Origin: Sphagnum compactum
Taxonomy: Eukaryota
Direction of reading: 5' to 3'
DNA length: 64,000 nucleotides
NCBI GenBank assembly: GCA_965153455.1
Contig: OZ234493.1
Coordinates: 23,984,213-24,048,212, forward strand
The notes beneath the pieces were generated by a model that searched no databases, was not told the origin of the DNA, and saw only the letters and a list, made by a program, of their open reading frames with translations. Position numbers and translations under genes: made by a program. Of this stretch, positions 39,737 to 51,812 are shown in pieces; position 1 is the stretch's first letter, and the number at the start of each line of letters is the position of its first letter.

Positions 39737-40133
39737 GGGCCACCGTGAACCGGCACCCACACCAGTGCACCTTCCACTGGAGGCCCATTATTACTGTGTG
39801 ATGGATGAACCTCAACTGAGTTAACATTTGTTTTCACCTTGGTAACCAATATTGTAAGAAATAGGTCTCATATATAGGTAGATAGATAGGCAGGAAAATA
39901 GGTAACTACTAGGGGTAAGTAGATGGATTATCCATAGATAAAAGGCTGTTTTTACTACCTAGCTACTAACAACCTGCTTGCTTGTGGGTTGTTAGTAAAT
40001 AGGTAGTTAAAAAAAGCAACTGAGCTAACCAGCATGGTTAACTAGGGAACTGAAACCCAACAGAAAACTGTTTCCCTACCACTTATCATCCATCTTTCAC
40101 TCTGCGCTGGTGGGTGCTGGTTCACTGTGGCCC
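39737..40133. mobile_element. Intact MITE (Harbinger/Tourist-like TIR)
   Basis: TIRs gggccaccgtgaaccggcaccca and tgggtgctggttcactgtggccc. Homologous, in inverted orientation, to the split copy at 27730-34112. Confidence 0.85.
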
Positions 40134-41339
40134 ATAGTAGGTACCTTCCTGCCACTGATCCTCATAACGTCCGTCGCTTTGCAAGCTCCTTCCCAGAATC
40201 CCTAGGCCCAAACGTGAGTGGCAGTGTTTTATGACGTCGCCAAAGTGGCGATCATCCATAAAAAAAGATGCCGCAAATTTGGCGATCATCCACAGGAAGA
40301 TTTAACCAAATCTGGCCATAAACCAGTCAAAAGTGCAAAAGTTTAATGAATCCTTGTATATTTTTCTGGCTACTCATTGGAACTTCCAGCAACTTTCTGG
40401 CCTCCTAGGAGAAATCCCAGGGCGAAATTTAGGCGATTTAATTTAGGTTTTTTCTTAGGATTTCCTTTAACGAAAGGCAAGGAGATAAAATAAGAGTGCT
40501 TTTATGGCGAAATTAAAGCCTGGTACTATGTAGCAGCACAACAGCTGCAGCAGCATTTGGCCGCGCGTGCACAGTGAAAGAGTCCAGCTTCAAGCTCTGC
40601 AACAACGGTTGTTCAGATCCGGCTGAAAACTGTTGTAGATTGAATCCGGCCACTGAGCTTTCGCAGCATGTAGAGCATAAATACTATGTGGGATGCTTGA
40701 GTACCAGCTGCTGCAGCCCGCGTGCAGTGATCAAGACTTGTAACTGCAATCTGTGTTGTTGTTATATGTCGACGATGCATTGTGGTTTTGATCAAGCTGC
40801 ACAGGTTACTACTACTGCTCTAGTAGTGTCAAGCTGTAGCTGGCGCTTGCTAACTACTTTGGTCCTGATCAGAAGACACTTCTTCTTCATAGATCGGCTC
40901 CGGATCAGTGGGGCCTGCCTGAGGAGCTGGTTTTCCCAAGCCAAATAGGATTAAATAATATCAAGGTTTGTGATTTTATGTATTGTGCCGGATCTCGTCT
41001 TTTGGTTTCACGGTATTACCCATTTGCTTGTTGCACTGGATCAATGCGTTGTTTGATTCACACAATCGATGATCAATTTCTGTGGCAATCAGTCTAATAA
41101 TGCACAAGCCCCCCTTCAAAGAATGGGTTGTCATGTCTGCCATCCTGTTTGGAAGATCAGTGAGCCTGCTGTTGCACTTGGCCTGTTGGAGGTGGATTTC
41201 TCCCTGGCCCTTTCAGTTTTCACAACTTTTCCTGGTTCTTATTGATGGTAGTTACTGGATCATGGGAGATGAGTTTGTGGACATAATTTCTGTCTGTTAC
41301 AGTCTTTTTATTTGTATTTTGCAGATCAGAGAGTTGGAG

Positions 41340-41519
41340 ATGTCAACAACAGCTCAAGCAGCTGATGGTGGCAAGCAGAGGCTAGAGCTGCTACTTTTGC
41401 AAAGAGAACTAGAACAACAGCAACAACAGAACCATTATATCAGAAAGTCGCTCAACAGGATGCCTGAGGCTCCAGCTCGAGTTGTTCACCACCCAGTGCC
41501 GGCCTCCTCTGGTGTCCTG
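41340..41519 (+). CDS. Possible exon of a small unknown protein (Gln-rich coiled coil)
   Basis: ttttgcag acceptor at ~41324, ATG at 41340, MSTTAQAADGGKQRLELLLLQRELEQQQQQ..., gtatga donor at 41520. A possible in-frame second exon spans ~41595-41735. No family recognised. Confidence 0.35.
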
Positions 41520-42234
41520 GTATGAGGGCTTTTGTCCTCATTTTTTGGCATTTTTTGGTTGTTGTCCATATTTTTCTAGCCGTCCTTCTTTTAGAGACAG
41601 GTGTTTGAAATTTTTGGGACTTACAACAACAACAAATCAGTTATGACTGCAATTAATGTCCACCGAGAAACATTCACATCGAGGATTCAGCAATGCATCC
41701 AACCTAGCAAATGGTGTGGGTCATGTGGCATGTAATGAACAGGTGGAAGACGGTGACCCACTGCCCAATCGGCAAAGGAAGATGATGCAGATCAGGCATG
41801 CTCATTTCCAAACTAGTTCAGCTACTTTGGTCCTTGAATAATCTTGTGTAATATCATGTGCCCATTACCGAATGTCAAATTGCAATTTTTTTTGTACTAT
41901 ACGTCACAGTAAACGCCACATATTGTACATTGGAATGGATGAAACTACATAATTTACTTCACACAAAGTGTCATGAGCCACAGCTTTTTGTGTGATAAAA
42001 GCCACTTTCTCTTATAGTGAGCTAGGTTTTGCTACCTTCGCGTGTTACATAGATCAGAGATACAAAAGTGAAGTGTTGTATTTTTGTTGTCGACTTCCTT
42101 TTCAGATCTACTAGTTCTGGTTGCGGCATCACTAGTTCGAATTACCTAGTTTGCGTATTCTTGAACAGGATTTGGGAACTGGGGGTGGGGTGGGGGGGGG
42201 AGATTTCTTGTGCAGAAGATCAGTCACAGCAGCT

Positions 42235-45200
42235 ATGAATGCAGAAAGCTTGCAGTTGCTGAGATTGGTATCTACCATTGTGTTGTGGTGTAATATTATT
42301 GCGGCTCCCATGATCAGCAGCTGCCAGGCCCAATTAGTCCCAGCGATATTTTCCTTCGGAGACTCCTTAGCAGATCCCGGCAATAACAACTACATTCCCA
42401 GTCTTTCCAAAGCAAACTTCCCGCATAACGGTGTGGACTTTCCTGCTGGTCCTACAGGCCGCTTCACCAACGGTCGAACCACGGTTGATCTCCTTGGTAA
42501 ACAAAAGCCTGAGCTTACTTCCTCCTCCTCCTCCTCCACCTGACTTCTCTTCTAAAATCTTCTATTTCTTTCCTCTTTGCAAATACTGGATTTCCCCCAA
42601 AGCTCTAGCAGATCAATAGGGTGTTTTTTTTTTTTCCTGGCTAAATTTAGCCAGTTGGTGGCTAAAATTTTTTTTTTTCAAAATGTGTTTTTGGGGTTAA
42701 ATTCTAGTCGCCAGGTTTAGACAATTTTTTTTGGATAAATCACCAGGTTTCTTTATTGAGTTCTAGCACGTAGCCAAAAAATGTGAAGGATTACTTTAAA
42801 ATTTTACTTTCATATCTGGTCTATAGCCAAATTTGACGCAGTCTTCTTGTGGATGATTGCCAGTTTAGCTACATCACAAAATTGGGAAAAAAAAAAAAAA
42901 AACCATGCTGATTATCCAGAGGCAAATCTTTAGGTTGTTGTTGTTCAGCCTGTGCACACCAGAACGAGAGTGCAATATGGATTTGCCTAAATTTTGCATG
43001 CATGCATGCAGCTTCTTTCCTGAATTCTCAAGATCCCATCTTTGACAAGTACCCCCCTAATAATAATACCTTTACCATTCCAGCAATAATTAAATTATTT
43101 TCAGTAAATGTGCAATTTCTCTCAATGTCCAAAGTTCTAATAATTTCTAAAAAATTTACTGCTGAAATGAATATAATAATAAATAATAATTCAATTATAT
43201 ATATATACCTTGTCAAGAAGATGCCAGAATGGTGTAGGTACTATGGTACTTGGGTGCATGGCCCCATTTTTCTTTATTAGTTGGAGCTTTACTGAACCTT
43301 GTGTTGATGATATTGTGAAGTGGTTTTATAAATCCCAGCTTGAGGTTTGGGACATTTTGCATCATGTGCAGGCGAATTTCTTGGATTCAAGTACTACTTA
43401 CCACCTTATCTTGCTCCTGGCACCAAAGGGAGTGCGATTCTTAATGGTGTAAATTATGCCTCCGGTTCAGCTGGAATACTGAATTCAAGTGGCTATCTTT
43501 TTGTAAGAAAGTTTCAGCTCTGAAACATCAAAAGCTCTAGTTATAAATTTCGAAAGACTTTGGAATAATAATTAGTGCTGCTCAAGGAATTGAGTAAAAA
43601 TCAAAAGTCTTTCTATTTTCCAACCTCTTGAGATTCACAGATTGCAAAAAAGAATCCACTGACCCAAAATCCTGCAGCAAGTAAAAATCTGTTGCAAGCA
43701 AGCCAGTTAACTACGTATTCTATGGTCTTGACTAATTTCATGTAAATGTGTGTGTGTGTGTGTGTGTGTTTCTCTGGTTTATGCAGATAGGGCGCAATCC
43801 AATGGACCTACAACTGGCCCAATTTGCAAACACTACGGCTGAAATTAAGCAGATTCTTGGTCTGGAAGCAGGAGAAAAGCTTCTTTCAGAAGCTCTTTAC
43901 TGGGTGAATATGGGATCAAATGATTTCTTGGACAATTACTTTGCTCCTGCCTCCCCCATTGGCAACCTCTCTTCAGAACAAGTCAATGCTCTAGTACTTG
44001 GCACTTATGAACAACAACTCACGGTAACACTAGACTATGATTCTTCAACTTCCCCCCATGTGTAGTATTGATACCACCATTGTTGTCAAATTTACGAAGG
44101 AAAGGAAAATTTGTGCATCAAAATCCATCTGGGACTTGGAGGATTTCACATTCTCCATGGCCCCCATGTCTAGTATCAATACCACCATTGCTGCCAATTT
44201 TACAAAGGAAAGGAAATTTACTTGAACATTGAAATCCAAGGTTTGGGACCTTGCGGGATTTCACATTGTCCTTGGTTTCTTATAAATAGTTCCATATTGT
44301 GTTCCCCCCCACATGTCCACTTCTCCTCCTTTGCAACATTATTTAGGGTTTTTATTATCAACCTAGTAGTCTTATTATTGAGCTTGAATACATGATGACA
44401 AACAAGAGATTTGTGTTCTTTTCACAGAGGTTATACTCAATGGGAGCGCGGAGATTTGGGGTGGCTGCAGTAGGCCCATTAGGGTGTATCCCGTTTGAAC
44501 TCACATACACATTAGCTGTTAATGGAAAGTGTGACCAGACTGTGAACACACAAATTCAATCATTCAATGTCGGCCTCGAAGCTCTTGTCAATCAACTTAG
44601 CTCTCAACTCAGTGGTGCTCAATTCACATTTCTCGATGCTTATACCATTGTTGATACTATTATCCAGAACCCTTCAGATTACGGTTAGTTTCTTAACCCT
44701 AACCCTAAATACTAAATCCCTGCCCTGTATATGTAGGGTAAAGCCCTAGGACCAGGGCTTTACCAAAATAAGGGACCCTGAGAGCCAGGGGTGTGTCCCA
44801 AATTTTGGTGAAGCCTATTCTGTGAGCTTTAACCAATGTAAAGATCATGACACAAAATGTGATAACCCACACAAAAATGGAAAATCCTGCCTGAAAACAG
44901 AATTCTCTCCCCTCTTTTCAGAGGGGAGTTTTGTAAAGCTTGTCAGTTTAACACTAAGAATTGCCAACCAGGTCTTTACGTGTCATAGGTTTATGTTTTG
45001 AGAAGTAGTTTGTCAATTGAGTTGTTTTGGAAGAGTTTGATAGTATGCTGGATACTATATATGCTCTAGAAGCTGAAACTTCAGTCCTTCGGACTCCTAA
45101 GTTCAAATAGTTGATATTCAATTTGGGCTCTTAGAATACATGTTCACAATTTGTAGCACAAGATTTCGTTAAGGCAGGCCTTTCACCCAAAAGCACGACC

Positions 45201-45589
45201 CCATGCTCTAAACTTTTATAGACGATTGAACATTCTTTTTTCTTCTATCCTTGCTACCCTATGTCCTTACTTCTTGCATCCCAGAGAGTTTAACCAACCT
45301 ATACTTTGAAGTTTTTGATTGCTCTTGAGAGTATGACACCCACTTTGCATTTTCTGCAGGCTTTACCATAGTGGATATTGGCTGCTGCGGAATTGGAGGA
45401 GAATACAGGGGTGCACTTCCGTGCACCCCTTTGGCAACCATGTGTGATGAAAGAACCAACTATGTATTTTGGGATCCGTATCATCCAACTGACAAAGCCA
45501 ACATCATAATTGCTGACAGATTTTACTATGGGAATACCACCTTTGCCCGGCCCATGAATGTTTTTGACCTTGTCACTATGCAACTTTGA
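42235..45589 (+). CDS. GDSL esterase/lipase (SGNH hydrolase), secreted
   Basis: Five in-frame GT-AG exons: 42235-42496, 43372-43502, 43787-44023, 44428-44683, 45360-45589. Signal peptide, FGDSL, TGRFTNGR, GVNYASG, GSNDF and FWDPYHPT blocks are all present. Confidence 0.96.
44053..44275. repeat. ~108-bp tandem duplication in GDSL intron 3
   Basis: cccccatgt.tagtat..ataccaccattg.tg.caa.tttac.aaggaaaggaaa...ggatttcacatt.tcc.tgg occurs at 44053 and again at 44161. Confidence 0.85.
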
Positions 45590-45885
45590 ATCCAAAGTTG
45601 TCTACTTTTCAAGTAAGTTACTTCCTTGCTTGAAGTTTTTTTGGCCTTAGCTGAATATCACATGTAGCTTTTAGAGTGTTGTAGTCAATTCCACTTTATG
45701 GATCGTAGCTTAGTTGCAACTCCTGATTAACATATCTAATATAGTTTAGTGGCCATCAAGTTATGAGGATTCATGTCGTGGAGAGCAACACAAATTGGTA
45801 CCGATGGTTTTCTAACCATCAAGTTAGCTTTGATATTAGAATTGAGTGTTCAGCCAATTTTCAATGTGCTAATGGAAGACCTTAA

Positions 45886-46251
45886 GAGCATCCCCACCAG
45901 TGCCCAGCACAATATGTTTTGAATGAACAATAATAAAGTTTATGTTGGTTTGAGGCAATAAAATGGTGATGGGCTAATATTTGTGCACAACATGTTGACT
46001 TGCAGAAGGCATTGCACAATATAACAATGACATTTGACTACTCAACAAATGATTGGTGTAGGTGGTTTGTTATTAGTAGTCTCTCACTTTTTTTACAATC
46101 TTAAATTTCATGTCTATGGGTGGGGCTTAGGAAACAACAAGTAAGCTATCTTGAATGTGAGAAATATTTTTGTAAATGCAATTATCATGTAAGGGTGGAG
46201 CCTTTTTGACAACTTGTTTCTAAGGTCTTCTTTTACCAATGAAAGTTGCTC
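45886..46251. mobile_element. Tourist-like MITE, degenerate
   Basis: ttaa-gagcatccccacc at the left end and gttgctc-ttaa at the right. The left ~55 bp are homologous to the reverse complement of 26335-26391. Confidence 0.55.
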
Positions 46252-49081
46252 TTAACACTATCAAAACATAGTTATAATGATTGGTTTTTTTCAATTATAG
46301 TCAAATCAAACTTGTCGCTTATGTCATTTTTAATCAATTTTTAATTGCTTATGCCATGTGTAATTATATAAAACTAATCATAGATGCAATGAGATCCCTA
46401 TTGTGAAGCTACCCAATTCTTTTAAACAACTTGATTGGGTTTCCAATAAATCCTGATTTTATCATCCATTTCATATCTAGCACATTCAAACAACACCTAT
46501 CCATGGAACACAAGTAAGAATATCTTGGGCTTTAAGTACAAATTCATGTTAAATGTGAAGGCTACTCAATTCTATATGGCTGTGGTCATCTTCTAGCCTC
46601 CTTTGTATATGTCTCCTTGCTTCATTACCTTTTAACTAAATCTAGACTTTGTTTATTTTTCCAAACACACATGCATGCCAGATTTTTTGCATCTCTCTTT
46701 TCTTCTTCTTTCTTTTGTTTTACTCATTCATCTTTCTTCAATTCACTCCTCATCGGCACACACTCAAATGTGTTGAGCACAACTAGAAACATCCAACAAT
46801 TTTGAAGAAATAATGATAAGCTATTTACTATTAAGGAAGAGCTAGGATAAGGCACTAGTGATGAGATAGTCCTTGTTAAATTTACCACACACCTTCATTG
46901 CATGCAATACCACCTTAATAGGTTCACGAGCATCTCTTCATTTGATTGATTAGGTCAAGGTGTTGTCATAGTGTTGTGGTTCTTGGCACTGTAGTTTAGG
47001 TTAGATTTGAGTCCTTGGATGCACTACCTTGACTATAGATCAACATGGAGTAAGAAATTTGGAACTGTTTAAGAAAGTGTATTGATTATCTTCCTTCTTT
47101 ATCTTCAATGTAAGCTATTTATGTGGGTTGTAGGCACGTGTTGAGTATCTGGTGCATCTCACATCTCCTCCTCCAACCATAACTTATCAAATTTGAACAC
47201 CATTGTGTTCACTTTTGTTAATTTCATTTCATAATTTGCCTTCAAGGATTTCAATCTCCTGACAATGATACAGCTCTACTTCAAGTACCATCTCTAGGGA
47301 GAGGACTTCACTGAGTTTTAACCTTATTGATTCCTACTTAGTAACCCATTTTACTCATCTTTTTCTCATATTGTAAGATTCTATCTCCCACAAATCGTTA
47401 AGGGGAGGGGAACTTTCTAGCTTTGTAAAACAAAAGCAAAAATTAATGCACTACCCTTCATTTGCTTCTCCCTAGCACAAGGATTTCAAGTTTCAACCTT
47501 AAAAGTCTTTCAAGATTAGGGTTTACTTCAATTCATTAGTTACAATTCCACACTAGTTACAAATAACTCTTCTACTCTATATCCCATTCACTTCTCCTCT
47601 TCATGTGCCTTTAAGCTTCAACTCCTAAGTAAGTAAAATTCTTGCAACAAAGCATATAATAAAAACCCTACATTCATGAGAACAAGAATTATAAACACCC
47701 AATTGCACACCATACTCATGACCACCTTCCCATAGCTTGAAATTTGAGAATTGCAAAGATATGATGCATCCCTAGACCTCACTCCTCTCCAACATCTTCA
47801 CCAAATGACAATGTCATGAAATTATAAATGGAATATATGAAAGCTATATGCTTTATGGAAAATTTCATTAAGTGATTCTCAAGTGATCAGCAACAAACAT
47901 GCCAGAATATTGTAAATGGGCAGAAATTTTCTAGTGTATCTGGAGGGCATGTTATCAAACGGGATTTTCTTAAACACCCTGCCTCTTTATGTTAATAAGT
48001 TACATCCGGTAACAACCCACTCCCTTGGTGATTACACTACTATAAGTAGTTCACAGATTTCATCCTGATGTGATTAAAGATGGGTCAAACTCATGAACAA
48101 CAGAGGTGAGAAACTAAGTATAATAATCTCATTGTCACAACCTGCTGAAGAAATTAACTGCTATAAAGCCACCTCCGAGACAAAGGTGGGCCCTAAAGAA
48201 ACTAGACAACAACTAACAAGGAAACAACTTCTGCCCCTCACAGAAATCCCACCAAAGACTTCAATTTAAATTCACCTCAACAATGATGGAATTTGGCTGG
48301 AGATGGATAACACAGATAAGTACTCAGATCAGGGTTAGGGCAGGATAATGGGACAGGGTTGGTGATTTGGGCTATGGATTTTGAACCCCACACTTGTGAA
48401 TCAGGAACTTCCTGTGCTGCTTCAAGAACAGAGGAAATTAGTTCTGATCCAGTGAGAAACTAGTACCTCATGCTGAAAGTCAGGACACAAAGAATCTTAT
48501 CCTGTCTGCAACAACACACCAAGAAAGCTCTGTGGATGTTAACAACAGGCTACAGCATAGCAAATTTTGTCAAAAACATTGTTACCTTTCTGAATCTCCA
48601 GGTTGTCCATCTGATGTGGATCCCAGACTCTATACATTGAAAGATGATCAACCGTTGAGGCATAATGAAACCCAGTATCCCTCCTTGTGAGGGATGAATA
48701 TTCCTACAGGAAGAGACATTGCAGCTAAATGTTTTATTTCTAAACTGGAGAGGCACCCATGATACAAAGGATGTAGATCCTGCTACTGGAAAGACACAAC
48801 ATCTGTAATCATCAACAGCTTGCTTCATTAGACAAGAAATACAAGTACAAAGAAAAAGACTAAAACTCACCTCCTATTCACAACCCCCGTGATGAAATCC
48901 CACCCAGATGCACCTGACTTTGTGCAGAAGCCTCTACAGATAGTGTACAAATTAAGCAGGATACTGAAGAGAATTCAATGACACTAAAAGTGTGTAAACC
49001 CACCAAATGAAGCCGCCCATCCCCCATCACAGTTGGACTAATATGGTGACCAGCAGAAATCTCTGAAAGGCACAATAACTA

Positions 49082-49512
49082 CTAGTGGAAGAGTTGATGA
49101 TATCTTTGAAAGGTGCAATTTCTAGTGGAAGAATCAAGATCTTAGAAAGGCACAAGTTCTATGGCAAGGATTGAGATCTTTGGAAGGCACAATTTCTAGT
49201 GGAAGAATGGAGGTCTTTAAAATGCAGGAGTTCTGGTGCAAGGATTGCAATCTTTGAAAGGCACAATTTCTGGTGGAAGAATTGAGCTCTTTGATAGGCA
49301 GAATTTCTGGTGCAAGGAATTGACATGTTTGAATGGAAGAATTTCTGGCAGAAGAATTGAGGCCTTGTGAAAGGCAAGATTCCAGTGCAAGAAATGAGAT
49401 CTTTTAAAGCCACAATCCTAGAGTGGAAGAGTACTAGAGATCTTTGGAAGGCACGATTCTAGTGGAAGAGGAAGAGATCTTTTGAAAGGCACAATTCTCT
49501 AGTGGAAGAATT
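49082..49512 (-). repeat. ~37-bp tandem array (11 copies plus source unit) at the Dof stop codon and 3' UTR
   Basis: Plus-strand unit approximately ctagtggaagaattgagatctttgaaaggcacaattt, starting at 49082, 49122, 49159, 49196, 49233, 49270, 49307, 49345, 49382, 49418 and 49459. The unit at 49499 is the real stop codon. Confidence 0.92.
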
Positions 49513-50668
49513 CCAAGTCAGGCCAAATGGAGGAAACAGCATCTCCTTCTTCGTACCCATTCATCGAGTACCCATTTGTTGGTGTGCTGCCTTCTTCATC
49601 TATGGTACTAGAACCATGTGGTGGAGATGAGCTGTTGGGAGCTAGGGATCCCTCTCGCGCACTGGGCTTGTTCTCTGAGTCCAAATGTGACAGCATATTA
49701 CATGCCTCATCTCCTTCAGCCTTCCCATGCAGGTGGTTGTCCTGAGGACTGTTGCCTATGTTGTTGTGTTCATCCTCACTTGCACTGAGGTCAGCAGATC
49801 CATCATCATGTTTGGATTCATTCCAAATTGCTTGTTGTTGCAGACCATGGTCTTCAGGCACTGAATTCCCCCACTGAGTCACCTGCCCAACAATTGTGTT
49901 GTTGCCTTGATTCATCTGCAACTCCAGCCCATTCAGAGTGTAGCTGGGTCCATTTGTATTGACCACTGGGTGGTTCGCAGCTGGATTGCTGCCTTGTGCA
50001 GCATACATAGCATGCATGGTGGAAACCTCTGAATGTGGGCTCATCATGAGCTGGGTCTTGTTCATCACAGGATAGAAAAGCCCAGCAGCTGGATTGTGAA
50101 GATGCTCCAAGAAATTCTCTTGCGGCTCATACCCAGTCATGTTGTAAGGGAGATTGACATCCTGCATTAGCAACTGCTGGAAGCCAACAGTCTGCTGCAA
50201 CAGAGCTGGGCTGCTGCTGCTAGAGAGAGCTCCTGAACTGGGAACTCCACCTTGTGTTGCAGCTGATCTGTTGTTGTGATAGGGCTCAGATCTCTGGCTC
50301 CGGCTCTTCTTCCTGGACCCACCACCCACAGGAACATTGCGCAGAGTGCCACCCATTGTCCAGTACCTTTGACATTGCCTGCAAAAGTATCTAGGCTGCT
50401 TCACGCTGTAGTTGTTGAAGTAGCAGAATTTGGTATTCATGGATGCACATCGTGGGCAAGGGATCACCTTGGCTGGCTTCTCTGGGACATGATCGCTTCC
50501 GCGTCCCGGAGAGCCGCCTCCTCCAGCTGAATCACCACCCAGTGAGGCGGGAGAAGAAGCTGTGGCATCTACCCCATGAACTTGCTCCTCCTCCTGCTGC
50601 TGCTGCTGCTGCAGCTGGGCTCCAGCTCCTCCTCCTGCAACGTCGGCACTATCCGCCGACAACTGCAT
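49499..50668 (-). CDS. Dof (C2C2 zinc finger) transcription factor
   Basis: Complete Dof domain [50 protein letters not shown]. First ATG at 50668, directly after a ttttttccag acceptor. Likely 5' UTR intron to a donor at ~51385. Ends ..IWPDLEFFH*. Confidence 0.95.
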   Translation of the reverse strand: MQLSADSADVAGGGAGAQLQQQQQQEEEQVHGVDATASSPASLGGDSAGGGGSPGRGSDHVPEKPAKVIPCPRCASMNTKFCYFNNYSVKQPRYFCRQCQRYWTMGGTLRNVPVGGGSRKKSRSQRSEPYHNNRSAATQGGVPSSGALSSSSSPALLQQTVGFQQLLMQDVNLPYNMTGYEPQENFLEHLHNPAAGLFYPVMNKTQLMMSPHSEVSTMHAMYAAQGSNPAANHPVVNTNGPSYTLNGLELQMNQGNNTIVGQVTQWGNSVPEDHGLQQQAIWNESKHDDGSADLSASEDEHNNIGNSPQDNHLHGKAEGDEACNMLSHLDSENKPSAREGSLAPNSSSPPHGSSTIDEEGSTPTNGYSMNGYEEGDAVSSIWPDLEFFH

Positions 50669-51714
50669 GACTGGAAAAAATATAAAATCTGCTGAGTCTA
50701 CCTCCCTCCCTCCGAGTCTTGAGAAAAAAAGCAGAACTTCTTCAACAGTTTGGCTCAACAGCTCCCATTCCAAAGCATCGCTCAGCACCCAAAACTCAGA
50801 TCTCCGAATCAACCCACCTCAATATCGAAAAATACAGATCACAACAGCTCTTGGTCTCTGTGTCAACCGCAACAAAGCTAATTCCTCAAGAAGATGAAGA
50901 AAGAATTGGAAACGAATCCCGGGGGAAAGATTTGGATTCCACCAGTGACAAATCGGACGGCACCCAAAAGGCAAAAGATGGCAGCCCAAATTCAAACCCG
51001 GGTCTTTTTGCAAAAAGGAGGTTGTTAGTTGTTAGCAGACACAAAGAAAGTCAGAGAGAGAAGAAGAAGCCAAATCCCTCCTCCTTCTCCTCCAGCTCCT
51101 TTTCCCCTTTCCAATGGCCTGAAAAAGCAACCCACAAAAAAGATGAAAAGACGACAACAACAACTAAAACCCAGCCAGCCAGGGACGGCTGCCTCTCTCA
51201 AAACCCGATATCAGGAAAAGCTCATGAAACCAAAAAGAGAAAAAGCACACACTCCAAAACAAAACCCAGAAAAAAGAAAAAAAAGAAAAAAAAAGACGTT
51301 GATAACAACTTATTACTACCGCCAGAAAGAAATAGAAAGCAATCTAAGCAGAGGAGAAGAAGCAGAGCGTCAGTCAGGGCTGTACCTAATAGTAATGCCT
51401 AAAACTTGATAGATTGCAAGAAACGAGAAAAAGTGGGTAATGATTTCACAGCAAAAAGTCCAACGACGTGAAACGAAAAGTGCAGCAGCAGCAAAGGACT
51501 GATACTTAAAATACAGCAGAAGCAGCTGCAGCAGCAGCAAAAGTGGTAGTAGTCTTTTAGTTAGGGTGGAGAGAGAAGGGCAGGCAGGCAGGCAGGCAAA
51601 AGGGGGGTGAGGGGAGGGGGGACGGAAACAGCAGCAGAGCAGCAACAATGGCGATGCCCATAAGACCCAATAAAACAATACCGGATGTGGTATGAATGGT
51701 GGTGTATGGGTGGC

Positions 51715-51812
51715 AGGGATGGACGAACGGATGGATGAATGGATGGATGGATGGACGGACGGATGGATGAATTAATGGATGGATGAGTGTGGCAGGCCTA
51801 CATATATATATG
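51715..51812 (-). promoter_or_regulatory. Putative Dof core promoter: TATA-like tract followed by (ATCC)n microsatellite
   Basis: catatatatatg at 51801-51812 followed, in the minus direction, by imperfect (catc)n repeats. It lies upstream of the pyrimidine-rich leader. Confidence 0.35.

Noticed and set aside
49082..49498. CRISPR-like array or repeat-protein ORF (49159-49413)
   Set aside because: No spacers, and the 37-bp period breaks the frame. The ORF is a by-product of the repeat.
50669..50812. N-terminal 48 aa of the 437-aa Dof ORF
   Set aside because: It starts at a non-ATG codon and lies upstream of a strong acceptor, so it is probably intronic.
50719..51402. 227-aa Lys-rich ORF on the + strand
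   Set aside because: It is the antisense reading of the T/C-rich Dof leader intron, with low complexity and no ATG start.
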